Shown one piece after another: positions 17,785 through 26,846 of a DNA stretch of 64,000 nucleotides. The position numbers were made by a program, and so were the translations under genes. Location: the NCBI GenBank assembly GCA_019247495.1, contig JAFAOU010000033.1, positions 14,595 through 78,594 of the forward strand, in the 5' to 3' direction. This DNA is from Acidobacteriota bacterium (lineage in GTDB: Bacteria > Acidobacteriota > Thermoanaerobaculia > Gp7-AA8). Within the stretch, counting starts at the first letter, position 1, and every line of letters begins with the position of its first letter. The notes beneath the pieces were generated by a model. The model ran no database searches and had not been told where the DNA came from. It saw only the letters and a program-made list of their open reading frames with translations.

Positions 17785-20421
17785 GTGAAACTCACCCCGA
17801 TGCTCGAGCAGTACTTCGAGATCAAGCGCCAGGTCCCGGACGCCATCCTCTTTTACCGCCTCGGCGACTTCTACGAGATGTTCTTCGAGGACGCGGAAAA
17901 GGCCGCACCGCTGCTCGACCTCGTCCTCACCGCGCGCAACAAGGGGCAGGAGCACGAGGCTCCGATGTGCGGCGTGCCGTACCACTCGGCCGACGGCTAC
18001 ATCGCCAAACTGATTCGCCACGGTCTGCGCGTGGCCATTTGCGATCAGACCGAGGACGCGTCGGCGACGAAAGGGCTGGTGCGGCGCGAGATCGTTCGCA
18101 TCGTTACGCCGGGGACGGCGACGGAGAGTTTCATCGTCGAGCGGGAGAGTTGTTATCTGCTCGCGTTGGGGAGTCGGGTGTCGGGAGTCGGAGAAAAAGA
18201 TTTAGGCCTGACTCCGGCCTCTTCTCCGACTCCCGACTCCCGACCCCCGGCTCCCGCAATCATCGGCGCCGCGTATCTCGATGTCTCCACCGGCGATTTT
18301 TTCGTAACGACCTACGTCGACACCGGCGACGCGCGGCTCGCAGATGACATCGCGCGCTTTGCGCCGCGCGAGGCGATTTTTCCGCGCGAGACCGAGTTCC
18401 GGCTGGAGATTCCGTCCAATCGCGTCGAGCCGTCGTTGTTCGAAACCGCCGGCGCGCACGACTATTTGTCGAAGCATTTCGGAACGCAGTCGCTGCGCGG
18501 ATTCGGGCTCGAAGGCGATGATCCGCGCATCGGTGCGGCCGGCGCGGCTTTGCGCTATGCGTCGGCCAGCCACAAACGGCCGCTCGATCACGTGCTGTCG
18601 CTGCGCGTCGACAACGAAGCGGACTTTCTTCAGCTCGACGCGGCCACGCTGGCCAATCTGGAGATCCTCGACTCGCGCGATGCGACCCGTCCGCGCGCGT
18701 CGCTGTGGAGCGTCGTCAACGCCACGCGCTCGGCCATGGGCGGACGGATGCTGCGGCAGTGGCTCACGCGTCCGCTAAAAGTGCGCGGCGCGATTTTCGA
18801 TCGCCACGATGCCGTCGACGAGCTGACCCGCTCGCGCGCCATCCTGGAAATGATGACGCAACGCTTGTCGAAGATCGCCGATCTCGAACGGCTCGCCTCG
18901 CGCGTCACACTGCGCAGCGCCACGCCGCGCGAGTGTCTCGCGCTGGCCGACTCGCTGCTGATGACCGGCGATTTGCGAACATCGATGGCTCCGCTGAACG
19001 GACCGTTGTTGAAACGCCTGCGCGATGCGCTCGATCCGGTTCAACCGGTCATCGACCGCATCGCTGCAACGGTTGCCGACAATCCGCCGCTCAACCTTCG
19101 CGACGGCGGCGCGATCAAGGCCGGCGTCGATGCCGAGCTCGATGAGCTCCGCTCCATCGCCCGCGACTCGAAATCGATCCTCGTCGAGATCGAAACGCGC
19201 GAGCGCGAACGCACCGGCATCGGATCACTCAAGGTTCGATTCAACTCCGTCTTCGGCTACTACATCGAAGTCTCGAAATCGAATGTCGCCAAAGTGCCTG
19301 ACGACTACATCCGCAAGCAGACCCTCGTCAACGCGGAGCGATACATCACGCCCGATCTGAAGGTGCTGGAGGAGAAGATCGTCGGCGCCGAGGGGAAGGC
19401 GATCATCATCGAGGAGCGGCTGTACGGCGAGCTGCTGGAGAACGTCGCGAAGATGACCGGCGCGATTCTGGCGACGGCGCGGGCGGCAGGCCAGGTCGAT
19501 GCGCTTTCGTCGCTGGCCACGATCGCGGTGCGGCGTCGCTACGTGCGCGCGTCGTTGTCGGAGACAGCGGAAATCTGCATCGAAGACGGCCGCCATCCGG
19601 TCATCGAAGTCATCGCCTCGGATCGCTTCATCCCCAATCACACCGACGTCGAGCGCGACCGCAACGGAATCCAGATCATCACCGGCCCGAACATGGGCGG
19701 CAAGTCGACGTACCTGCGCCAGGTCGCGCTGATCGTCCTGCTCAATCAGATCGGCAGCTTCGTTCCCGCCGCCAAAGCGCGCCTGGGCATCTTCGACCGC
19801 ATCTTCACCCGCGTCGGCGCGTCCGACCAGCTCGCGCGCGGCGAGTCGACGTTCATGGTCGAGATGCACGAGACCGCGAACATTCTCAACAACGCCACCG
19901 ACCGCTCGCTGATCATCCTCGACGAAGTCGGCCGCGGCACTGCAACATTCGATGGGCTGTCGCTGGCCTGGGCCATCATCGAATACATCCACGACACGCC
20001 GGCGCGCGGCGGCATCACGCTCTTCGCGACGCACTACCACGAGGTCACCGACCTGGCCAAGACGAAGGCGCGCGTCGCCAACTACAGCGTGGCGGTGAAG
20101 GAGTGGAACGAACAGATCATCTTCCTGCGCAAAGTCGTCGAAGGCGCGGCCGACAAGAGCTACGGAATCCAGGTCGCGAAACTGGCGGGCATCCCGCGCT
20201 CGATCACCGACCGCGCCCGCGAAATCCTCACGACGCTGGAACGGAAGGAGCGCGACGTTGTCGCCGAAACGCAGAAACGAGTTTCTCCAGTCGCGCAACT
20301 TTCCCTTTTCGGAGGCGCGCAACTGGAGGTGCTCGATGAGCTCCGCGGCTTGGCCATCGAGACGCTCTCGCCGATCGAAGCACTGAACGTGCTCGATCAA
20401 ATGCAGCGCAAGGTGCGGTGA
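17785..20421 (+). CDS. mutS: DNA mismatch repair protein MutS
   Basis: GTG start. TPMLEQYFEIKRQVPDAILFYRLGDFYEMFFEDA, Walker A GPNMGGKSTYLRQ, STFMVEMHETA, DEVGRGT. Carries an approximately 30-aa in-frame insertion encoded by a hairpin repeat (18168..18256). Confidence 0.95.
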   Translation: MKLTPMLEQYFEIKRQVPDAILFYRLGDFYEMFFEDAEKAAPLLDLVLTARNKGQEHEAPMCGVPYHSADGYIAKLIRHGLRVAICDQTEDASATKGLVRREIVRIVTPGTATESFIVERESCYLLALGSRVSGVGEKDLGLTPASSPTPDSRPPAPAIIGAAYLDVSTGDFFVTTYVDTGDARLADDIARFAPREAIFPRETEFRLEIPSNRVEPSLFETAGAHDYLSKHFGTQSLRGFGLEGDDPRIGAAGAALRYASASHKRPLDHVLSLRVDNEADFLQLDAATLANLEILDSRDATRPRASLWSVVNATRSAMGGRMLRQWLTRPLKVRGAIFDRHDAVDELTRSRAILEMMTQRLSKIADLERLASRVTLRSATPRECLALADSLLMTGDLRTSMAPLNGPLLKRLRDALDPVQPVIDRIAATVADNPPLNLRDGGAIKAGVDAELDELRSIARDSKSILVEIETRERERTGIGSLKVRFNSVFGYYIEVSKSNVAKVPDDYIRKQTLVNAERYITPDLKVLEEKIVGAEGKAIIIEERLYGELLENVAKMTGAILATARAAGQVDALSSLATIAVRRRYVRASLSETAEICIEDGRHPVIEVIASDRFIPNHTDVERDRNGIQIITGPNMGGKSTYLRQVALIVLLNQIGSFVPAAKARLGIFDRIFTRVGASDQLARGESTFMVEMHETANILNNATDRSLIILDEVGRGTATFDGLSLAWAIIEYIHDTPARGGITLFATHYHEVTDLAKTKARVANYSVAVKEWNEQIIFLRKVVEGAADKSYGIQVAKLAGIPRSITDRAREILTTLERKERDVVAETQKRVSPVAQLSLFGGAQLEVLDELRGLAIETLSPIEALNVLDQMQRKVR
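18168..18256. repeat. (GGGAGTC)n hairpin repeat, intragenic copy in mutS
   Basis: Left arm ggggagtcgggtgtcgggagtcggagaa (18168-18195), loop of about 26 nt, right arm ttctccgactcccgactcccgacccc (18222-18247). Translated as GSRVSGVGEKDLGLTPASSPTPDSRPPAP. Confidence 0.85.
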
Positions 20422-20434
20422 CGGCTTTCACCAC

Positions 20435-20611
20435 TGTCATCCTGAGCCGCCCGAGGCGTTGGAGCGCGGAACGCCGGAGGACGGTCGAAGGACCCCCTTC
20501 CTGGCAACCTAGGGATGGGCGGTAAATGACGATGCAAGCACTGAGGGGGTCCTTCGACCGTCCTACGCGACGGCGGCTTCGCCTCTGTCGCTTCGGCGGC
20601 TCAGGATGACA
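20435..20611. repeat. Nested inverted-repeat MITE-like element (GTCATCCTGAGC type)
   Basis: Perfect outer IR tgtcatcctgagccgcc (20435-20451) / ggcggctcaggatgaca (20595-20611). Perfect inner 20-nt IR ggacggtcgaaggaccccct (20479-20498) / agggggtccttcgaccgtcc (20544-20563). Confidence 0.85.
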
Positions 20612-20644
20612 ACGTCTCGCACGAATCCCGCATAATTACCCGTC

Positions 20645-21400
20645 ATGCACAAGCCTCTCATCGGCATCGGTTCGGACGTGGTTCAGAAACCGGGGGAACG
20701 CGATCGCGCCTTTGTCTACACGACCTACATCGAATCGCTCAAGCGCGCCGGCGCGGTGCCGGTGCTGATTCCGCCGCAGCCCGAGAACGCTGCTGACCTC
20801 GCCGAAACGCTCGACGGCATCCTCCTCGCCGGCGGCGACGATTGCGATCCCGCCGAGTATGGCGAGGAGAAGCATCCGAGCTGCGAGACGATGGATCCGC
20901 GGCGGCAGAAGAACGACCTCGGCCTCGCCAGACTGGCGCGCGAACGCGGCATCCCCACGCTCGGCATCTGTCTCGGCGTTCAGGTGATGAACGTCGCCGC
21001 CGGAGGAAGTCTGATTCAGGACATCACCTCCGACATCGATCACGCCAGCGAGCCGAGCGACCGTCATCGCCACGACGTCCACATCGATGCATCGACGAAG
21101 CTTGGAGGAATCCTCGGCGACCAGGAGTTCAACGTGAACTCGTCGCACCATCAGGCCATCGGCCGCGTCGCCAACGGACTGCGCGTCACCGCCAAAGCGC
21201 CGGACGGAATCGTCGAAGGGCTCGAAGATCCGTCGCATCCTTTCTATGTCGGCGTGCAGTGGCATCCCGAGGATATGCCGGGAGAATCGTCGGCCTCGGC
21301 GATCTTCGGCGCGTTCGTCGAAGCGGCGCGCAAGTACGCGCGCGAAAAGCAAAATGCAGCGGCGGATTTGTCACCGGTCGGTGCCGCGCCTTCGGAATAG
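20645..21400 (+). CDS. Gamma-glutamyl-GABA hydrolase-like class I glutamine amidotransferase (peptidase C26)
   Basis: LLAGGDDCDP, nucleophile elbow GICLGVQVMN, HHQAI, VQWHPE. Confidence 0.8.
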   Translation: MHKPLIGIGSDVVQKPGERDRAFVYTTYIESLKRAGAVPVLIPPQPENAADLAETLDGILLAGGDDCDPAEYGEEKHPSCETMDPRRQKNDLGLARLARERGIPTLGICLGVQVMNVAAGGSLIQDITSDIDHASEPSDRHRHDVHIDASTKLGGILGDQEFNVNSSHHQAIGRVANGLRVTAKAPDGIVEGLEDPSHPFYVGVQWHPEDMPGESSASAIFGAFVEAARKYAREKQNAAADLSPVGAAPSE

Positions 21401-21445
21401 CGACTTTCCCGGTACCGTTTGCCACCGGCGAACGGGAGGACTTAC

Positions 21446-22294
21446 GTGAAACGGATTGCCCTGCTTGCCGCGGTTGCGTTGCTGTTCGTACAGCAAGCCT
21501 CCGCGTCGCCGTGGCTGAAAGACGTCGCTTCGGCGCAGAAGATCGCGAAGGAAAAGAACCAACTCATCTTCGTCGACCTCTTCGCCGACTGGTGCGGCTG
21601 GTGCCATCGCTTCGAGCAGGAAGTGATCCCTTCGCAGAGTTTTCAGAACGCCACCGACAAGATGGTCCTGCTCCGCCTCAACACTGAGGACGGGAAGGAC
21701 GGATCGAAATTCGCGCGCGATTTTTCAGTGAACTCGCTGCCGACCTTCCTCGTGCTCAACAAGGACCTGATGATCGCCGGGATCATCAAGGGCTATGCGC
21801 CGGCGAAGGAGTTCGCGGCATCGCTCGGCGACGCCGAGGTCAAGTACAACGATTTCATGAAACGCGCAGCCGACGAGGCCTCGATCTCGAAGGACTACGC
21901 GAAACGGCTGGCGCTGGCGAAAGAGTTCGAGTCGCGCGCCGCGTACGCGCAGAGCGAAATGCGGCTTAAGAAACTCGTCGCCGAGCCGGGCATCCCCGCG
22001 TCGGTTCGCGACGACAGCTACTTCGAACTTGCGCTGACGCAGATCCTGCAGAAGAAGTTCCCCGACGCGAAAGCGACCATCGCCAAATTCGCGACGCTGC
22101 AGAACAAAGGCGACGCGTTCGAGCGCTCGCGCCTGCTCATCGGCGACATTTACCTGCAGACCGGCAACGTTCCGGGCGCGCTCCAGGAGTACAAAGCCTT
22201 CAAGGCGAAGTATCCGAACTCCACCTACAACGCCAACCTCGACCGGATGATCCCGCAGCTCGAGCGCCAGGTCGGCGGCCCGCGCAAGCAGTAG
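21446..22294 (+). CDS. Secreted thioredoxin-like protein with C-terminal TPR-like region
   Basis: Trimmed to GTG 21446 (GGGAGG 6 nt upstream). Signal peptide, then FVDLFADWCGWCHRFE (CxxC). C-terminal GDIYLQTGNVPGALQEYKAFKAKYPNS. Confidence 0.75.
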   Translation: MKRIALLAAVALLFVQQASASPWLKDVASAQKIAKEKNQLIFVDLFADWCGWCHRFEQEVIPSQSFQNATDKMVLLRLNTEDGKDGSKFARDFSVNSLPTFLVLNKDLMIAGIIKGYAPAKEFAASLGDAEVKYNDFMKRAADEASISKDYAKRLALAKEFESRAAYAQSEMRLKKLVAEPGIPASVRDDSYFELALTQILQKKFPDAKATIAKFATLQNKGDAFERSRLLIGDIYLQTGNVPGALQEYKAFKAKYPNSTYNANLDRMIPQLERQVGGPRKQ

Positions 22295-22312
22295 TTGGGA
22301 AAGGCGAAAGGC

Positions 22313-22390
22313 GGAATGTTGAATGTTGAATGGAAGCACCGCCGCTCCGTCATTCAACATTCAACATTCAACATTCAACATTCAACATTC
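22313..22390. repeat. (TTCAACA)n hairpin repeat
   Basis: Left arm ggaatgttgaatgttgaatgg, 17-nt loop, right arm (cattcaa)x5-like run 22351-22390. Overlaps the 5' end of dsbD. Confidence 0.85.
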
Positions 22391-24097
22391 GCAGTTCTGC
22401 GCGCGCTCATCATCAGTGCCTTCGTCGCGGCCAATGCGTTTGCGCAGGTTTCGTTCGGCGGCGCCAGCAGCATTCCGGGACAGGATCTCGTCAAGCTCAC
22501 CGGCTCCGTCAATGAACGGCATGCCACCGACGTGAAGGGCATCGTCACCGCCACGATCCAGAGCGGCTGGCACATCAACTCGAACAAGCCGCTCGACGAC
22601 TTCGTCATCCCGACCAAGCTGTCGTTCGACGGAACCGAGCTCGTTTCCGCCGAGTACCCGCAGCACACAGTGCGCTCGTTCACGTTCAGCGGCGGACAGA
22701 AGCTCGCCGTGTACGAGGGGACGATCCAGATCCCATTCACTGCGAAACTGCAGAGCGGCGACACGATCAAAGGCAAGCTGCACTACCAGGCGTGCAACGA
22801 CACGGTCTGTTTGCCGCCGCGCGATGCCGAGGTGACGATCGACGCGAATGCCGTCGCGCCGGCGGCCGCGCCAGCAACGTCGTCGAGCTTCACTCCCCTC
22901 TCGGCCGCACCGAAAGGCGCCACGCCAGTTGGCAGCGATCGCCTCTCCGCCGCGTACGCCGAGCACGGACTTCCGCTGACGCTGCTCATCCTTTTCGTGG
23001 GCGGATTGGCGCTAAACCTCACGCCGTGCGTCTTCCCGATGATCCCGATCACGGTCGGCTTCTTCGCCATGCAAAGCGACGGACGCCGTTCGCGCCGTTT
23101 CGCGCTGTCGCTCGCTTACGTCCTCGGCATCGTCATCACCTACTCGGCCCTCGGCGTCTTCGCCGCGCTCAGCGGACGGATGTTCGGATCGTGGCTGCAA
23201 TCGCCCGCGGTGCTGATCGGCTTCGCGGTGCTGATGCTCGTGCTCGCATCGTCGATGTTCGGCGTGTGGGAGTTCCGCGTCCCGCAATTCATCACCAATC
23301 GCTCGGCAGGCCGCGCGGGTGTGGCCGGCGCGCTGACGATGGGCCTCTTCGTCGGCATCGTCGCCGCGCCGTGCGTCGGACCGGTGGTCGTGGCGCTCTT
23401 CACGCTCGTCGCGGCGATCGCGAAACCAACGATCGGCATGGCCATGTTCGCGACGCTCGCGTTCGGACTCGGATTTCCGTACCTGATCGCGCTCAACGTT
23501 TTCCCGAAACCGGGAGAGTGGATGGTGCAGGTCAAGAAAGCGATGGGCTTCGTGCTGATCGCGATGGCCTTCTACTTTCTCCGCGCGGTCATCGGCGAAA
23601 CGCCTTTCCGCCTCGGCGTCGCCGCGAGCCTGCTCATCGGCGCGATCTTTCTCTTCGCAAGCCGAGGTCCGCGCGGACGCGCCATGCGGCTGGCGTGCGC
23701 CGTCATCCTTCTCATCGGCGGCGTCGCATTCGCAATCCCGCCGCGCAAAGGGGTCGAGGTGCAGTGGCAGAAGTACGACGCCGCGATCGCATCGGCGACC
23801 GGCAAACCGGTCGTGATCGACTTCTTCGCGACGTGGTGCATCCCGTGTAAGGAGCTCGACGAGAAGACGTTCAGCGATGCCGCGGTAGCGAAGGATCTCG
23901 ATCGCTTCACGCGCATCAAAGCCGATCTCACCAACGGCGACGATCCGGTGGTGAAGGAACTCACGAAGCGCTATGCGATCGTCGGCGTTCCCACGGTCGT
24001 CTTCATCGACTCCTCGGGGCACGAACAGCAGCAACTGCGCCTGACCGGCTTCGAAAAGCCGGAGCAGTTCCTGGCGCGCACGCAGCAGGTCAAGTGA
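22316..24097 (+). CDS. dsbD: Thiol:disulfide interchange protein DsbD (N-terminal DsbD-alpha, CcdA-like membrane core, C-terminal thioredoxin)
   Basis: HYQACNDTVCLPP, NLTPCVFPMIPIT, VAAPCVGPVV, DFFATWCIPCKELD. Start uncertain (TTG 22295 or ATG 22316), and both lie next to or inside the hairpin repeat. Confidence 0.88.
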   Translation: MLNVEWKHRRSVIQHSTFNIQHSTFAVLRALIISAFVAANAFAQVSFGGASSIPGQDLVKLTGSVNERHATDVKGIVTATIQSGWHINSNKPLDDFVIPTKLSFDGTELVSAEYPQHTVRSFTFSGGQKLAVYEGTIQIPFTAKLQSGDTIKGKLHYQACNDTVCLPPRDAEVTIDANAVAPAAAPATSSSFTPLSAAPKGATPVGSDRLSAAYAEHGLPLTLLILFVGGLALNLTPCVFPMIPITVGFFAMQSDGRRSRRFALSLAYVLGIVITYSALGVFAALSGRMFGSWLQSPAVLIGFAVLMLVLASSMFGVWEFRVPQFITNRSAGRAGVAGALTMGLFVGIVAAPCVGPVVVALFTLVAAIAKPTIGMAMFATLAFGLGFPYLIALNVFPKPGEWMVQVKKAMGFVLIAMAFYFLRAVIGETPFRLGVAASLLIGAIFLFASRGPRGRAMRLACAVILLIGGVAFAIPPRKGVEVQWQKYDAAIASATGKPVVIDFFATWCIPCKELDEKTFSDAAVAKDLDRFTRIKADLTNGDDPVVKELTKRYAIVGVPTVVFIDSSGHEQQQLRLTGFEKPEQFLARTQQVK

Positions 24098-24699
24098 CCA
24101 CTCTGACGCTCGAAGCCGTTCGGAACGTGCGCGAACGGATCGCGCACGCTCACGAGCTCGCAAACGCGCGATTCCGCGAGGCCTTCGCCTCGGGAAACGG
24201 TCCGTTGCCGCCGAAAGCGCACATGGCCATCCAGGCCGCCGCGCTCCTCGAATGCGCGCAAGGCGTTCGCGTTCGCGGCGAGATTCACTACGACGTGTTC
24301 GACGGCGAGAGCACGCCGTACGTCGATCGCGGACGTCCCGTGTACGAAGCGTTCGACGTCGATCGGAACCCCGAGGCAATCTTCGAGTACTGGCTGATCA
24401 TCAGCGACATCGTCGGGGCGACGTCGTGGCGAATGACGCGGCTGATCGCGACCGCCGAGGACTACGACGCCGCGTTGATGCGCATGCAATCGCCGCAGAT
24501 CGTGCGCGCGCTGATCGTCACGCATCTCCCATCAGTCGATGCGCGCGACGACGGAACGGCGTTACTCGAAGCCACCGTCTACACCCGCGCCGAGGAGGAA
24601 CGAATCGAACGCCGTCAACTCCTGCTCGATGTTCACAACGAGTTCCACTACCACGGCCGGGCGTTGCTGGCGGAAGGGCGAGGCGGCGTGCGCATCTGA
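24094..24699 (+). CDS. Hypothetical protein, translationally coupled to dsbD
   Basis: GTG start overlaps the dsbD stop (GTGA). 201 aa with clean third-position G/C bias. No family recognised. Confidence 0.5.
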   Translation: MTTLTLEAVRNVRERIAHAHELANARFREAFASGNGPLPPKAHMAIQAAALLECAQGVRVRGEIHYDVFDGESTPYVDRGRPVYEAFDVDRNPEAIFEYWLIISDIVGATSWRMTRLIATAEDYDAALMRMQSPQIVRALIVTHLPSVDARDDGTALLEATVYTRAEEERIERRQLLLDVHNEFHYHGRALLAEGRGGVRI

Positions 24700-24705
24700 A
24701 AATCT

Positions 24706-25452
24706 TCACCCGCCAATCACGCCGCCGACAATCTCATACGCCCTCAACTCATGCCCCAAAAAGTTGCGCCGAAAAAAAGCGGCCAACGATCGAACTTCGA
24801 CCAACGCATCCGGCGCGACAGAGGCGACAGCAAACTCCCCCACCGGCAGAAGCATGATCGCGTCCAGCACGTCGGCGACGTCGTTCGCAATCACCTGCGC
24901 ATGATCGGCACCGCAGTTCGCGCACACAAACCCATGCGCGCCCGAATCGAACCGCAGCGGACGCCCCAGCGGCCCATCGCACGCGTTGCAGTTACGCAGC
25001 GACGGCAACACGCCCGCCAGCCGCAGAATCCACACCTCGGCATACGCCAGCACGCGCAGCGGCGACGCCCCCTCCAACAGCGCCTCGGTGGTCCGATCGA
25101 GCAGCCGGTAGATCACCTCCGCCGGATCGCCCGACTGCGCGAACGTGTCGACCGTCTCCGCCAGATACGACGCCGCCACGCTCGCCGCGAGATTCTGCTG
25201 CGCTGGAAACAGCGAGCGGATCAGATCGACCGACTCGATGCGCACGATCTCCTCCCCCTCCCGCTCGACGTATCCGATCCGCACCTTCGCCAGCGGCTCC
25301 AGCGACGCCCCGAACCGCGTCCGCATCGACCGCGCCCCATACGCATACCCCTTCACCTTCCCATGCTCCGGCGTCAGAAACACGACCAGCTTGTCCCGCT
25401 CGCGCGCCGGAAACGTGTGCAGGATGATGGCTTCGGTGCGTTGGAGCCGCAT
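24706..25452 (-). CDS. recO: DNA repair protein RecO
   Basis: MRLQRTEAIILHTFPARERDKLVVFLTPEHGKVKGYAYGAR (OB fold) and zinc motif CNACDGP...FVCANCG. Confidence 0.88.
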   Translation of the reverse strand: MRLQRTEAIILHTFPARERDKLVVFLTPEHGKVKGYAYGARSMRTRFGASLEPLAKVRIGYVEREGEEIVRIESVDLIRSLFPAQQNLAASVAASYLAETVDTFAQSGDPAEVIYRLLDRTTEALLEGASPLRVLAYAEVWILRLAGVLPSLRNCNACDGPLGRPLRFDSGAHGFVCANCGADHAQVIANDVADVLDAIMLLPVGEFAVASVAPDALVEVRSLAAFFRRNFLGHELRAYEIVGGVIGG

Positions 25453-25471
25453 GGGTCTGAGAGTACCTCGT

Positions 25472-25532
25472 TCACGCGGAGACGCGGAGACGCGGAGAAA
25501 AGCCCACTCCGCGCCTCCGCGTCTCCGCGTGA
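25472..25532. repeat. (GCGGAGAC)n hairpin repeat
   Basis: tcacgcggagacgcggagacgcggag - aaaagcccac - tccgcgcctccgcgtctccgcgtga, in the divergent recO / aroD-aroE intergenic region. Confidence 0.85.
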
Positions 25533-25571
25533 AACCGTTCCCTTGTGGGGCTCGCGATAAGCTTCCTGCGA

Positions 25572-26846
25572 ATGCAACTCGTCGTTACGATTCACGAGAA
25601 GACCCCCGAAATCGCGATCGAAGTGATCCATGGATTAGCCGGAGATCACGACGCGATCGAAGTTCGCGCAGATACGTTCGAAGGTCGAGCCGTCGACTGG
25701 AGAGCGATCCGTTCGGCGACGGCGAAGCCGATCATCGCTACGAATCGTGGGCGTGGCCATGTGGATATCGACGCCGCGATTGAGGCCAACATCGATTTCG
25801 TCGACGTCGAATGGCGGGGAGATGCTGCTGACAGCGATCGCGTTGTCCTCTCGCACCACGACTATGACGGGATGCCGGACCTCGATGTCCTCCTGCGGCG
25901 CATGCGGGCAACGCACGTGAAGATCGCGGCGACGCCGCACAACTTCGCGGACAACACGCGGTTGCTTGCGGCGTTGGAAAAGAAAGGCACGACGCTCATC
26001 GGTATGGGAGCGCGTGGGTTGTACTCGCGGATCCTGGCGCCATTCTTTGGATCGGAGTTCCAGTTCGTCAGCGTCGATGAGCATCACTCCGCGGCGCCGG
26101 GGCAGCTGACGCTGACGCAGGCGCTGGCGATCTATGGGCCGAATCGCGCGGCGTTGAGGGCAGAGAAGATCTTCGCCATCGTCGGAAACCCCGCGTCGCA
26201 CAGCGGGTCGCCCGCCATTCATAACGCGATTTTTCGCGAGCGCGGAATCGCGGCGGCGTATTCGATTTTCGAGACGGATGATTTTCTCGACATCGCCGCG
26301 CCGTTCGCGCGCGGCGAGCGCTTCGCGCCGGATGGGCTTTCGGTCACCGCGCCGTTCAAGGAAGACGCGCTGACGTTCGCCGAGTCGCAGGGCGCCGACA
26401 TTCGCGACAACGCGCGCGAAGCGGGCGCGGTCAATACGCTCGTCCGCATCGGAGGGCGAATCGTCGCGGATAACACCGACGTCGATGGTTTCGAAGCGCT
26501 GATAAAAAAGACTAATGCCCGAGCGGCGGCTGTCATCGGCGCCGGCGGCACCGCGCGTGCCGCACTCGTCGCGCTCCGCCGAGCCGGCATCGAGAGCACC
26601 GTCTTCAACCGCACCGCGGACAAACTCGGCGCGCTACAGTTGGATCGATTGCCGGCATTCCGCGGCGATCTCGTCATCAACACGTTGCCGCGGAATGTGG
26701 CCATCGCGCTGCCCAATGCCATTACCATCATCGAAGCGGCGTACGGCGGCGAATCGCGCGCGACGTTCAATGGGCTCGATCTTCTCCGCGCACAGGCAGT
26801 GCGGCAGAGCGAGCTTTTTCTCGAGGCCTTAAATGAACCTGGATGA
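25572..26846 (+). CDS. aroD-aroE: Bifunctional 3-dehydroquinate dehydratase (type I) / shikimate 5-dehydrogenase
   Basis: Trimmed to ATG 25572. AroD part: AIEVRADTF, LSHHDYDG, HVKIAATP (catalytic Lys). AroE part: FAIVGNPASHSGSPAIHN, VIGAGGTARA. Confidence 0.8.
   Translation: MQLVVTIHEKTPEIAIEVIHGLAGDHDAIEVRADTFEGRAVDWRAIRSATAKPIIATNRGRGHVDIDAAIEANIDFVDVEWRGDAADSDRVVLSHHDYDGMPDLDVLLRRMRATHVKIAATPHNFADNTRLLAALEKKGTTLIGMGARGLYSRILAPFFGSEFQFVSVDEHHSAAPGQLTLTQALAIYGPNRAALRAEKIFAIVGNPASHSGSPAIHNAIFRERGIAAAYSIFETDDFLDIAAPFARGERFAPDGLSVTAPFKEDALTFAESQGADIRDNAREAGAVNTLVRIGGRIVADNTDVDGFEALIKKTNARAAAVIGAGGTARAALVALRRAGIESTVFNRTADKLGALQLDRLPAFRGDLVINTLPRNVAIALPNAITIIEAAYGGESRATFNGLDLLRAQAVRQSELFLEALNEPG

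Noticed and set aside
19225-20400. 391-aa ORF antisense to mutS
   Set aside because: Same shadow-ORF argument. The mutS frame carries Walker A/B and all conserved MutS motifs.
22313-22390. Could the tandem heptamer runs (here and at 58258, 43856, 25472) be CRISPR arrays or microsatellites?
   Set aside because: There is no repeat-spacer organisation and the unit length is only 7-8 nt. Every run is paired with its reverse complement to form a hairpin. No cas genes are present.
23012-24379. 455-aa ORF antisense to dsbD and the following gene
   Set aside because: It is a shadow ORF with an Arg/Asp/Glu-rich translation. The DsbD frame has all the cysteine motifs.
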